Assembly (NCBI GenBank): GCA_951406725.2
Contig: OX597814.1
Span: 1,426,001-1,490,000 of the forward strand
Reading direction: 5' to 3'
From: Octopus vulgaris
Lineage: Eukaryota
DNA length: 64,000 nucleotides
In this document: positions 14,035 to 29,997 of the stretch, in pieces
Layout: every line of letters begins with the position of its first letter
How positions within the stretch are numbered: position 1 is the stretch's first letter
Notes under the pieces: model-generated
What the model was told of the DNA's origin: nothing
Databases searched by the model: none
The model's input: the letters and a program-made list of their open reading frames with translations, nothing else
Made by a program: the position numbers and the translations under genes

Positions 14035-14234
14035 TGAAAAGGGTAAATGTTTTTATTTCTCTTTCAATTTCAGAATTACAACTATTTAGCGGTTTGAGTT
14101 TGGCTGCTCTTTCTAGTGAGTCGAATGGCCCATTAGGGCCATTCCTTATATTGTTGAATGTATATTATATAGCCTTTTCTTTCCCACTAGACCGCTGGTA
14201 GCGGAGAATTTTTTTGCTACCCTTATATTTATTA

Positions 14235-14272
<38 letters not shown>

Positions 14273-14367
14273 ATATGTATGCATATCTTTATGTGTGTGT
14301 ATATATATATATATATATACATATATATACAGGTGTGTGTATATATATATGTATAAATGTGTGCGTA

Positions 14368-14436
<69 letters not shown>

Positions 14437-14451
14437 GTCTGTCTGTCTGCC

Positions 14452-14488
<37 letters not shown>

Positions 14489-14689
14489 GACTGTCTGTCT
14501 GTCTGTCTGACTGTCTGTCTATCTGTCTGTTTGTCTGTCTGTCTGTCTATCTGTCTGTCTACCTGTCTGTCTGTCTATGTATGTATGTATAACATTCCAA
14601 GGATCCAGAAGAGAACCAAGATAGAGTTGAAAGGGAGGTATCCTTTTTGTCCAGTTGCAATGACCATTTGTCACTCATATGGAATTTGA

Positions 14690-14960
14690 TTTATGACAAC
14701 GACCCCCACCCCCACCTCCCATCTAAGCATTCCGTATGTTCAGTCAAGCAGTTCTTTCCCAATCAAAACATTAAGCTGATGCTCCAGCTCACTCAATTCC
14801 CAATCTTAAAATCGATCGAAAATCTCTGGGATGAAATCAATAATGACATTCTAGAAATTGTCAAATCTCAACAATCTATTCAGCGTAGTCAAAGAATTCT
14901 GGCGAGAAATTCCTGTTTCTCGTTGCCAGTTCCTTGGTTGAATCTCCATCTCAAAGATGT
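14690..14960 (+). pseudogene. Tc1-like transposase fragment
   Basis: YDND..KHS..VKQFF and IENLWDE resemble the Tc1 QDNDPKH and SPDLNPIENLW motifs. Confidence 0.5.
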
Positions 14961-14997
14961 CAAAATAACGAAGAATAATCGCACTGCATGTTGGTGT

Positions 14998-15252
14998 CTT
15001 TTACTTGTTTCAGTCATTAGCCAGCGGCCATGCTGGGGCAGCACCTTCAAGAATCAGTTTTAGTCGAATGAACCGACTGCAGTACTCATTTTTTTTAAAG
15101 CCTAGTATTTATTCTTCTCGTTCTCTTTTACTGAACTGCTAGGTTACGGGGATGTAAACCCACCAAGACCGATTGCCAAGCGGTGGTGGGCTGGACAAAT
15201 ACACACACATACACATATATATTTATATATATATATATGTATATATACATAC

Positions 15253-15320
<68 letters not shown>

Positions 15321-15470
15321 GGCTTCTTTCAGTTTCCGTCTACCAAATCCACTCACAAGGCTTTGGCCGGCTCGAAGTTATAGTAGAAGACTCGTGCCCA
15401 AGGTGCCATGCAGTGGGACTGAACCCGGAACCATGTAGTCGGGAAGCAAACTTCTTACCACACAGCCACT
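14998..15470 (-). mobile_element. SINE family A, full copy with internal (TA)n
   Basis: Tail, microsatellite and tRNA-like head in the family order. Confidence 0.85.
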
Positions 15471-15779
15471 CTTATGCCCGTATGTTATAAAGTATATAGA
15501 TACTTGCACAAAATTTAATGCCGAATTGAATGTTCCTCGTTTGTCAATCGAGTCACGCCGGAGGCCATAAAGATTATATAAATGTCAAAGGTTTGTTCAA
15601 TGATTTTAAATTTCAGCAGCTTTTGTATATATCCAAATTTACTTTAAGGATCAAGTTGACAGGAATTTCCAAAAAAAAAAAAAAAAAAAGAAGAAAATAA
15701 AATAAACCATCAAACACATATAGGACTTGACACAAATTTGTGAAATGATTTATCTAGATAGCAAAACTAGTAAAAATAT

Positions 15780-15990
15780 TCTTTTCTACTCTAGGCACAA
15801 GGACCGAAATTTTTGGGGAGGGGGCCAGTCGATTAGATCGAATCCAGTACGCAACTGGTACTTAATTTATCGACTCTGAAAGGATAAAAGGCAAAGTCGA
15901 CCTCGGTGGAGTTTGAACTCAGAACGTAAAGACAGACGCAATACCGCTAAGCAGTTCGTCCGGCGTGCTAACGTTTCTCCCAGCTCTCCA
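15780..15990 (-). mobile_element. SINE family B, monomeric
   Basis: GAAAGGATAAAAGGCAAAGTCGACCTCGG core plus head; flanked by AAAACTAGTAAAAATATT direct repeats. Confidence 0.8.
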
Positions 15991-16429
15991 CTTTTAAACT
16001 AGTAAAAATATTACACGGGCAACTAAATGCTTTGTGCTCCACTCTTATTCAAAGTCTATTCGGATATTACTAACTCATAGAACCTCTTATCCAGTTTCAT
16101 AACAGATCGAGATCACAACTTTGTGAAGGGGACGCCAAGTCCATCACTTTTAGCCGAGTGAACTTGAACAACGCGAAATGAAGTGTTTTGCTCATGAGCA
16201 CAAAGTACTGCCTAGACTGGGAATCGAAATCACAATCTTGTGATCAGGAGTGCAACACCCTAACCAATAGACCAAACCCCTTCACTTATATGTTCACCAT
16301 ACCTCTGAAAATACATGCGTGAAGTTATGGATCATGAATGAATGCGATAGGCGAAACCTTTGACGCTCCACCGGGTATTTTTTAATATTTCACTCAGCTT
16401 GCTTTATAAATACAAATACACGTGCATAC

Positions 16430-17083
16430 CTGCATACATACATACATACATACATACATACATACATACATACATACGTACATACATACGTACATACATA
16501 CATACACAAACACATACATACATATATTTATATATATATATATACATATTTAAACACAGATACACTCACATACATACATATACACATACATATACATATA
16601 TACATACATATGTACATACATACATATACACATACATAAATACATGCATACATACATACATACATACGTACATACACACATATACATATATATACATATA
16701 TACATACATATACAAACACACATACACTCACATACATACATATACATATGCATACATACATATTTACATACATACATATATACATGCATACATATACAAG
16801 CGCACATACATACATACACACGTACATACATACATACATACATACATACATACATACATACATACGTACATACATACATACATACATACATACATACATA
16901 CATACAATCATACATACATACATACATACATACATACATACATACATACAATCATACATACATACATACATACATACATACATACATACATACATACATA
17001 CATACAATCATACATACATACATACATACATATACACATACATACGTACATACATACATACATACATACATACACACATACAC

Positions 17084-17114
<31 letters not shown>

Positions 17115-17637
17115 CACATACATACGTACATACATACATACATAGGCACATGCATACATTCAAACGATCGTCAATTTGACTGGTTCATCCATTTGATTGT
17201 TTTTGAGCGGGAAGGATCCACTGTTTTTTTTTGTTTTTCTTTTTAGCTAATCCAAGGTAATAATAATGAACATGTCGGATCGTCTTTAATCAATTTATTT
17301 TGTAAGTAATGAGGAAAAAAAGAAAGAAAGAAAAGATGTGGATTAAAAGAAATCAGAAAAATTAATCACATATAAGTATTTCTATCTAAACTGGATCTCC
17401 TCAGTTGGGGTGTCGAATTTCGGATATTTGAAGGGGAAAAGGGGATAAAAAGGGGTTTGGGTGGAGAAAGAAAAAAAAAACTGAAAAAAATATTTCGTAA
17501 ACATTTGTATGTATGTATGTATGTATGTATGTATGTATGTATGTATGTATGTATGTATGTATGTATGTATGTATGTATGTATGTATGTATGTATGTATGT
17601 ATGTATGTATGTATGTATGTATGTATGTATGTATGTA

Positions 17638-17668
<31 letters not shown>

Positions 17669-18730
17669 ATGTATGTCTGTCTGTCTGTCTGTATGTATGT
17701 ATGTATGTATGTATGTATGTATGTATGTATGTATGTATGTATGTATGTATGTATGTATGTATGTATGTATGTATGTATGTATGTATGTATGTATGTATGT
17801 ATGTATGTATGTATGTATGTATGTGTGTATGTATGTATGCATGTATGTATGAATGCATGTGTATAAATGTATGTGTGTGTGTGTGCGTGCGAGCATGTGT
17901 CTATGTATGAATTCATGCATGTATATATGTATATGTATGTGCATGTGTGCGTACATGCAGACATGTATATATGCATGTACGTATGTATAATTTATTTATG
18001 CGTTTATGTATATATATATATATATATATGATGCATTTTATGTATGTAAATTATATATATATTTATAAATATATACACGCACACACACATATATATATAT
18101 ACATATATATTTCTGTGAGTCCGTGAGTGTACATATACGTATTCATATATCCTGTAATCAAAATTAGACTCTTCTTAAATCATATTATATTCTGTAAATT
18201 AACTCTTGGAATTATTCCTCATTTCGTGGAAATTACTTCCGAAATGTCTTTGAGAGTCGCTAACGACTGAGGCTGTTGTCTTTGCTTTCTCTTTTTCCTC
18301 CAATTTAGATGGAAATTTTAATAACTTCGGAATTTATTGCGCTCGGCATTCGGTATAACACTTTTTAAACTTAATTCTGTCTATGCTAACACACGTACAT
18401 ACATACATACATACATACATGCATACATACATACATACATACATACATACATACATACATACATACATACATACGCATACATACATACATACATACATAC
18501 ATACATACATACATACATACATACATACATACATACATACATACATAGATACATACATACATACATACATACGTACGTACGTACGTACATACATACGTAC
18601 ATACATACGTACGTACTTACATACATACATACATACATACGTATACATACATACATACATACATACATACACAAATACGTACATACATTCATTCGTTCAT
18701 TCATTAATTTATACCTACCTACCTACCTAC

Positions 18731-18763
<33 letters not shown>

Positions 18764-19112
18764 AATGCATATATAAACACACACACGCGCGCACACAAGT
18801 ATGTATGTATATATATATAGGTAGGTATGTATGTAGGTTCATTCATTAATTTATACATATATGCATACATACCTGTCTACTTGCCCACTACACACACGCA
18901 CACACACATATGCACACACATATATATGCATATATAAGCACACACACATGCACACACACACACAAGTATGTATGTAGGTATGAAGGTCGATTCATTAATT
19001 TATACATACATACATACTTATCTATCTATCTACACACACATACATACACACACATATGTATATATGAATATATATAAACACACACACACATATGTATGTA
19101 TATATGTATGTG

Positions 19113-19144
<32 letters not shown>

Positions 19145-19372
19145 TGTATGTGTGTATGTATGTGTGTGTATGCATGTATGTGTATAAGTATGTGTGTATG
19201 TATGTGTATATGTATGTATGTATGTATATATGTATGTGTATATGTGTGTGTGTATGTATGTATGTATGTATGTATGTATGCATGCATGCATGCATGTATG
19301 TATGTATGTATGTATGTATGTATGTATGTATGTATGTATGTGTGTATGTATGTATGTATGTATGTATGTATA
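16430..19372. repeat. Four (TACA)n/(TGTA)n arrays in alternating orientation
   Basis: 16430-17145 (TACA), 17507-17850 (TGTA), 18395-18680 (TACA), 19090-19372 (TGTA). Confidence 0.9.
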
Positions 19373-19863
19373 AGCCGATATAAGATATGCCGATGGTACA
19401 GCATAATTGACAGACAGCAACGAGAAATTAAAACGAATTGTTGATTTAGTAAAAGAACAGAGAAGAAGAAATGCGTGAATATATATGTGAAAAAGACGAA
19501 AACAATGGTAATTCGTGAGACAGGACAAAAGGGAAGAAGTCTAAAAGTAAATGGCCAGAATCTTGAGCGAGTTAAAGAAGCTTGAAGTAAAGCAGGAAAG
19601 TCTTTGTGAAGAAACTGGTCGAAGAATAAATAAAGCTAAAATTACGTTTACCTCTTCGAGGCAGGAATTCGGATAATATACAGATAAAAGGGAAAAAGAT
19701 AGAGATTCTTTTGAGATGTGGAAAGGCAGAGTAAGAGATGCTGAAAGTCTAAAAACATCAACTGCCAAGAATCAAGTCTACAAACGTAATGTATTTCGAA
19801 CACAGAATGCGCCATATTTGGATGCATCGCGTTCAATCAAATAATAATATAAATAATATATAT

Positions 19864-20856
19864 ACACAAAGGATCGTGTGTCTTCACCAAGAGGGCAAGT
19901 CAAATTCTGTGATAGCAACCACTGTAGGAAGGTCTAGAAGTGTTGTGCAACGAAATGTAGCTCGTTTTAAGCCACTAGGATCGACAGATGCTAAATCCCA
20001 AACCGGTAGACCTAATAAAACTTCACCAGGACAGGACCGTATTATGGTTAGAATGTCATTGAAGGATTTGTTTAAGAGTGTTGCTGAGATATCCCGCGAG
20101 TTTAGCTCCACTTCCGATGTTAACGTATCGCGCAAAACAGTTTCTCGGAAGTTACGAGGTTCTGGGCTGCTCGCTCGGGCACCGTCAAAGAAACCTCCGA
20201 TCTCCAAGAAGAACCAAAGAGTCCGTCTTCGCTTCGTTCACGAACATGTCGTTTGGACAGAAGAACAGTGACCGCAGGTTCATTCTAGCGATAAATCGAA
20301 GTTTAAAAGGGGCCGATGGCGGGATGTACTTCCGACGGAGAAGTGGCGAATGGTTATCTCGTGCATGTGTGAAGAAGGTAGTAAAATATGGAGGAGGCAG
20401 TGTAATAGTATGGGGAGTGATTTCTGCTGCTGGTTCTGGTCCACTTATTCGCCTACAAAAGACTGTCAATGCTGAAATATATAAGAAAATTCTTAGACTG
20501 TGTGCTCCTCCACATCTCCGATCCTTGTCAGTTCAACCGCCTGTCTTCGTGCTGGACGACGCTCCCTATCACACTGTGAAGAGAGACAAAAATGTTTTGA
20601 GTGATGAAGTGGTTGATCTCATGGAGTAATCACCTCAAAGTCCTGGTCCCAACCCTATAGAAAACATTCGGAAGGTTATTGAAGATGGGGGCCCGAAGGA
20701 CCAAGGACCAAGCTGAAGGACCAAGCTGAACTCTGTGAATTATTAAGAAACGAATGGAACAATATTACTCCATTATTTTACAAGAAATTAATTCAGTCCT
20801 GTGGTAACAGATGTCAGGAGATCATTGACAGCAAAGGGATGTTCACAAAATATTAA
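19864..20856 (+). pseudogene. Tc1-like (DD34E-type) transposase pseudogene
   Basis: HTH region with GRPNKTS, KKPPIS..RLRF, VKYGGGSVIVWG, DDAPYHT, *SPQSPGPNPIEN, C-terminal KGMFTKY*; broken by stops and frameshifts. Confidence 0.9.
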
Positions 20857-20919
20857 TAGTAAGGGTTTCTTTTTTTTATTTTTTATTCATGTTCCGTTTT
20901 TTAATTACTTTTCTAAGTG

Positions 20920-21143
20920 ACTCTTAACTTTTGGCCGTTGCCGTTTGGAAGATATTTGTTTATCGCTTCATAACTTACAAAATATTTATTCCATTCATTT
21001 GAAAATATCACGAAAGATAGACATTAGATATATCTAAATATGCGTAAAATATCTAGTCTCAACGTTTTGTTAATCTTCTATAATTCTATAATAAATAGTT
21101 CAATACACTTGTTCTTACTGATGCTTATATTATGGCCGCTACC
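20920..21143 (+). mobile_element. Right IR/DR-type terminus of the Tc1 element
   Basis: Inner CTTAACTTTTGGCCGTTGCC (~20923) and outer CTTATATTATGGCCGCTACC followed by TA (~21125-21143); left end not found. Confidence 0.55.
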
Positions 21144-21188
21144 ATATATATATATATAAATTTGGATTTATTCCCTAATATTTATTAT

Positions 21189-21280
<92 letters not shown>

Positions 21281-21405
21281 CACACACATATATATGTATA
21301 TACACACACACACATATATATATATATACATAGATATAAATACGCACACACACACACACATATATGTATATATACACATATATATATATACACATATATA
21401 TATAT

Positions 21406-21451
<46 letters not shown>

Positions 21452-21456
21452 GCATA

Positions 21457-21945
21457 TATGGGTACAGGACGTCACAACAGTAAACAACAGGAAATACGAA
21501 AACAAATGAGTTCGATACGCAAACAACGAGAGAAACAAATGGAAAACAAGTAACACAGAGAAAGGACCCTTCATCAGTCGTCGGCTCTCTATCTGCTCCT
21601 TATTTCAAGCATTGAACGATAATATGAGTCTTCAAAGACAGTCGCTCCCATAAATACCAAAATAAAATTTGGGACTTATGGAGGGTCAAAGTTGGGAGCA
21701 AAAACAGGACAGTGGAGACATACAAGGAAACCGAACGAAAACAAACATGGAGGGTGGTTAGGCCAGAACGAGGGTAAAATAGCGAACGCTGGAGAAACAT
21801 TTCCTTTGAAAAGTGAAAAGATAGAAGAGAGAGGTAGAATACGTTCAGTCCTTAGGACAGTCCTGAAGGAAAAGAAAGATAATTACATGAGGAAAAGAAT
21901 GATGGATGATGGTCACGTGTGAGAAACAAGAGAGAAAAAGAGAAA
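21457..21945 (-). mobile_element. Unclassified non-coding interspersed element next to (TA)n, possibly PLE-related
   Basis: Complex sequence between microsatellites; minus strand carries CTGATGAAGGG at about 21568-21578 but no complete HHR could be folded. Confidence 0.35.
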
Positions 21946-22018
21946 GGAGAGAGAGACAGATAGAACACGGTGAAGGGGAGAAAAAGATGGGAGACTCATA
22001 TAGATATAAACATATGCG

Positions 22019-22087
<69 letters not shown>

Positions 22088-22419
22088 GCTTGTTCGGCCA
22101 GTGAACATTGTTAGCCAACGCTAATATTTTTCCTGAGCTGTTCGATGTTATTTTGTTTTATAAGACAAAAAAAAAACTACTTCATTACCAAAAATAGTTA
22201 CACTTCCACTAACGAGGGCTGCAAAAAACCAAAACAAAACAGGTCACAAATATCACAGTTGTCTCCCTTGATAACTCACCCATACTTATTGTTAATCCCT
22301 ATATTTATTTCACTGTAGTTATCGTCTGATGCTAAAAACCATTGGAAGGCATGAAGACCATCTTCTATATTACTTATATCGTAGATTATGCAAGCTTGGT
22401 CGTCAGTAATGTTTGTCTT

Positions 22420-22455
22420 TGAACAACAACAACAACAACAACAACAACAACGACG

Positions 22456-22519
<64 letters not shown>

Positions 22520-22940
22520 CGTTAGATTTACGATAAAATCTGTGTGACAGATTGGTGAAAAGATTTGAAGTAAAAACTTCAAGATGTCCGTGTGATGTAC
22601 TGAGAGAAGTGTTAAGAAGAGGAACGGCGTTGATTTTGAGTATTTGGAAGAGAAGTAACGCACAACCAAGCGTTAGTGTCATAGTTGGTGAACAGAAACC
22701 ATTGGGATGGTGGTGGTGGTAATGGTGGTAGTGGTGATGGTGGTGGTGATGATGGTGGTGGTGATGGTGGTGGTGGTGGTGATGATGGTGGTGGTGATGG
22801 TGGTAGTGGTTGTAGTGGTGATGGTGGTGGTGAAGGTGGTGTTGGTGATGGTGGTGGTGGTGGTGGTGATGGTGGTGATGGTGGTGGTGGTGGTGATGGT
22901 GGTGATGGTGGTGGTGATGATGATGGTGACGGTGGTGATA
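22420..22940. repeat. (AAC)n and (GGT/GAT)n arrays
   Basis: Directly visible. Confidence 0.9.
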
Positions 22941-23524
22941 TTGCTCCCAACCCGCCAGTTCAGCAATCATTGAGCACTCCTATCGGACGCAGCAAATCAG
23001 TCAATCGATTCGATGTTATCAATATATCAATGCTTCCACACATCCTGCCCCCCACCCTTGTCCCGGCCACACCACGTGCCCGTCTGACATGCAAAAGGTT
23101 ATTCCAAAACTGCAATCCAGAACATTCTGGAAATGTTGGATTTTCTCCGCCGTTTAGTCTTTTCTCTTATGACTGCAGATTCTAATCTTATCCACGGCAC
23201 AGATGATCAAGGTGGACTTATCCGGATGGCTCCAGATGTTTCTTTCCACTTCACGTTTCTCTTTTATCTCTTTTACTTGTTTCGGTCATTGGACCGCGGC
23301 CACGCTGGGGCATCGTTTTGAAGGGCTTAACCGTACAAGTACCCCGGTGCCTATTTTCCTTTTTGTAAAGCATGGTACCTATTCTATCGGTCACATTTTG
23401 CCGAACTGCTATGTATGAAACGTAAACACACCAACACCGGTTGTCAAGCGGTGGTGAGGACAAAGATACACACATATATATATATTTAAACGTATACAGT
23501 ATATATATTGACATACACGCGCAC

Positions 23525-23617
<93 letters not shown>

Positions 23618-23620
<3 letters not shown>

Positions 23621-24770
23621 GTAAAATAATATGTTACAATTACTCAATAGTCAAGATAAAACTCTGAGTTTCAGATGCCGAAGTGGAAATCCACAACGCC
23701 ATCTCTTCGGTTATCTGGCCATCTGAAAAAACGCTATGAAAAAATACCGTTATACAAAGGGAAATTACTGTATTATAATTCTGCTACTTATATAAAATAA
23801 TATTCCCCTAAAGAAAACAGACAGAACTTGCTTTCTATATTATGTCCCAAAAAGTTTTTTTATCTCATTATACCTTTTATTATTTCAGATATTTTTATAT
23901 TTTCACACATAATAATTTTTTCTGTACTTTTCTATCCTGCATTTTTTCCTGTGCCTATATAGACGTGTATATAGATTCATTTGTACACGTGTGTGAATAT
24001 GTATGAGTGGGCAGTTTTAGATGTGTGCGTGTGTGCGGGCATAAGAATGCATATATATATATAGACGTTTTTACTTAGTATTTTTCCATTTTTTTAGGGT
24101 TTTTTTAAGGGGGGGGGGGATATGTATATTCATTTTTCGTATATGCGTGTGTATGTATGCGTATATAAACATGTACGGGTATGTACATATATGGGCGTGT
24201 GCGTGTGTGTGAGTGCATAGGGGCATGTCCGTATATGAACGTGGTTTTTATGCTTTGTATACTTCCTTATGTTTTTTTCTGTTACCTTTAACCATGGTTT
24301 TTCTTGTGTTTGTGCGTATATAGACGTATGTATGAACTTTTACAGTACGCATGTGTGTGTGTATGAGTTTGTATATATATGCGTATATATTTGGCGAAAA
24401 ATGCGAGTGAAGATGTGTACGTTTTCATAGTGACGTATAAGTACGCACGTGGGTCCGCGAGCGCACATGTGAGCGTATGACTAGCCATGTTTACGTGTTT
24501 TACTATGAAATTTTAATCTTATTTTATATAAGTAGCAGAATTATAACACAGTAATTTCCCTTTATATCACGGTATTTTTTCATAGCGATTTTTCAGATGG
24601 CCAGATAACCGAAGAGATGGTGTTGTGGATTTCCACTTCGGCATCTGAAATTCAGAGTGTTATCTTGACTATTGAGTAATTGTAACATATTATTTTACAG
24701 ATAAATTTCCTCTATTTACATAATATTGAGGTCTCTTTCTTTCTTTTGTTATCTTACCGTTTTTACCAAT
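23618..24770 (+). mobile_element. PLE-type non-autonomous element with ~183-bp inverted arms, each carrying a variant hammerhead
   Basis: 23618-23800 approximates rc of 24520-24702; the right arm continues about 70 bp; (TA)n on both flanks; HHR-like AGATAA-CCGAAGA-GATG..CATC-T-GAAA-CTCAGAG-TT-TTATCT. Confidence 0.8.
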
Positions 24771-25384
24771 ATATATATATATATATATACAAATTCATGC
24801 ATACGTACATACTTATATTCCTACATATATATATATATATATATATACATTGTACAACCAACAGATAACATCTTAAACATTAGGGATGAAACGTTCTCTT
24901 ACTGCTGTCACAAGCAATAATTTACACTCAAATATTTTCAAATCAGAGCCACTATCTGCGACGGTAACCTCACCAGTATAGCCCCTTACCTAAACATGAA
25001 CACACATAGCACACAAACTCCATACGAAAAAGAAATATGCTCCAATGACGAACTACCAAATTGATCACGCAAAACTTTACCCAAAAGACAAATCCAAGGG
25101 AGACAAGCATCCGAAAAATGCCACCCAATGGTAACGCCCTTTGATTCATTGTTCTATTCATGTGAATCTATGAGAAACCCCGTGAACAAAAGGAAGCTGT
25201 TTTCCAAAATGCAGGCGAAAACCTTTTTCCATTTGATCGGCTTGAAAAATTGTTAAGACACTAGGATATACTATTTTTCTTAACATGAAACCAATGGTAG
25301 CCTTAATTCACACACACATACACTCACCCCCGCATACATGTATACATGTATATGCGTGTGTATATATATATATATATACATACA

Positions 25385-25750
25385 TACTCTTTTACTCTTT
25401 TACTTGTTTCAGTCATCTGACTGCGGCCATGCTGGAGCATCTCCTTTAGTCGAAGAAATCGACCCCAGGACTTATTCTTTGTAAGCCTAGTACTTATTCT
25501 ATCGGTGTCTTTTGCCGAACCGCTAAGTTACAGTGACGTAAACACACCAACATCGGTTGTCAACACACACATACATATATTTATATATGTACGACGGGCT
25601 TCTTACAGTTTCCGCCAACCAAATCCACTGAGAAGGCTTTGGTCGACCCGAGGCTATAGTAGAATACATTTGCCCAAAGTGCCACACAGTGGGACTGAAC
25701 CCGGAACCATATGGTTGGTAAGCAAGCTTCTTACCACACAGCCACTCCTG
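25385..25750 (-). mobile_element. SINE family A, full copy
   Basis: Tail TTTTACTCTTTTACTTGTTTCAGTCA..., head GGGACTGAACCCGGAACC..CTTCTTACCACACAGCCAC. Confidence 0.85.
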
Positions 25751-26071
25751 CACCGTTTTTACATATATACGATTATCTGAATCACACACATACGCATATA
25801 TATGCGGAAAGAGATACACATTCATACATAGGAATGTTTATATCTATAGACTCTAGACCAAAAACAAAGCAAAAGCTACATGTATACATGTGTGTATAAA
25901 TATACACACTTAAACACATGTGTATGCCCGCAAATATCTGAATGTACACACACGCCCACACAAACACGCATGCGCACTCGGCCGTGGTTTACTGTCTTTT
26001 CACCAAGTCTTCTATTTTGCAACATTAGGTTGATTTTTTTTTTATTGTGAATTACTACGACCACGTGATCG

Positions 26072-26118
<47 letters not shown>

Positions 26119-26192
26119 GTTATACATTTACACTTACACACAGAGACGCTCTCGCATAGACTCTCATACACACGAATATGTACAAACACACA

Positions 26193-26228
<36 letters not shown>

Positions 26229-26311
26229 AACACACACTCACACACACATATATATATGTGCCTATGTATACGAGTACATACACACACGCACGTATATATA
26301 TACATACGCAC

Positions 26312-26430
<119 letters not shown>

Positions 26431-26661
26431 CATAATACAGATACATATATATGTATATATATATATACACACATATGTGTCTATGTATACGAATACATAT
26501 ACATATATATATATATATATTTATATATGTACACACACACAGATACATACTATATATATATATATATATACATATGTGCCTATGTATACGAATACACACA
26601 TATAAAAATGTATTCATATATATTTACGTATACACTTACATATATACATTTATATATACAT

Positions 26662-26694
<33 letters not shown>

Positions 26695-27017
26695 CTTGTA
26701 TATATAATATATACACACTCACACACACACGTGTGTGCATATATGTGTATATATATGAACGCACACAAGCACACATCTGCCATCATCAATATCTAATATA
26801 TGATGAATAAATAAGCAAAATATGTTGGCATAAATTAAATTCGAACTCTTTGAACTTGGCTTATCTCGTCGATTGTTAGCAATTATAATTAGCACCCCCC
26901 CTCCCGTTTACACACCACACCTCACCCTCATACCACACACACACACACACACACACATCACCACCGCCATCTTGTTAACGGCGGCAATGATCTGGAGATT
27001 ATACATACCAACAATAC

Positions 27018-29605
<2,588 letters not shown>

Positions 29606-29997
29606 TCTATTGAACACATTCACTTCACCCTTTATTCTCTCCTCTTTTCCCTCATACGCGTCCCCACCTCTCTCTCTCTCTTTGTGCCCTTTCTCTCTCT
29701 CTCTCTCTCTCGTCTTCCCTCTCTCTCTCATCTGAACTTTCTATTCTTCCTTCTCTCTATCTCAGTTTCTCCCTAGTTCTCTCTCCTTTTCTTGTACCTT
29801 ATCATCGTTCTCCCTATCACTCCCTCCGTCCCTCTCTCTTCCTCTCTCCCTCTCTCTCCCTCCACCTTTCTGTGTTTTTTAATTCTGTCTGGTTGTCTGC
29901 CTGTCTGTGTTTGATTATTTTCTTTTTTAAACTCCAAAACATCTTCCACTTCAAGCTTAATATTGTATGTAAAGTTTTGCTCCACCTCTTCCTTTTC

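Larger units (their letters stand above)
13605..14240. mobile_element. Palindromic PLE-type element: 252-bp inverted arms, 49-bp spacer, 3' extension
   Basis: 13605-13856 equals rc of 13906-14157 with one visible mismatch; flanked by (TA)n on both sides. Confidence 0.9.
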
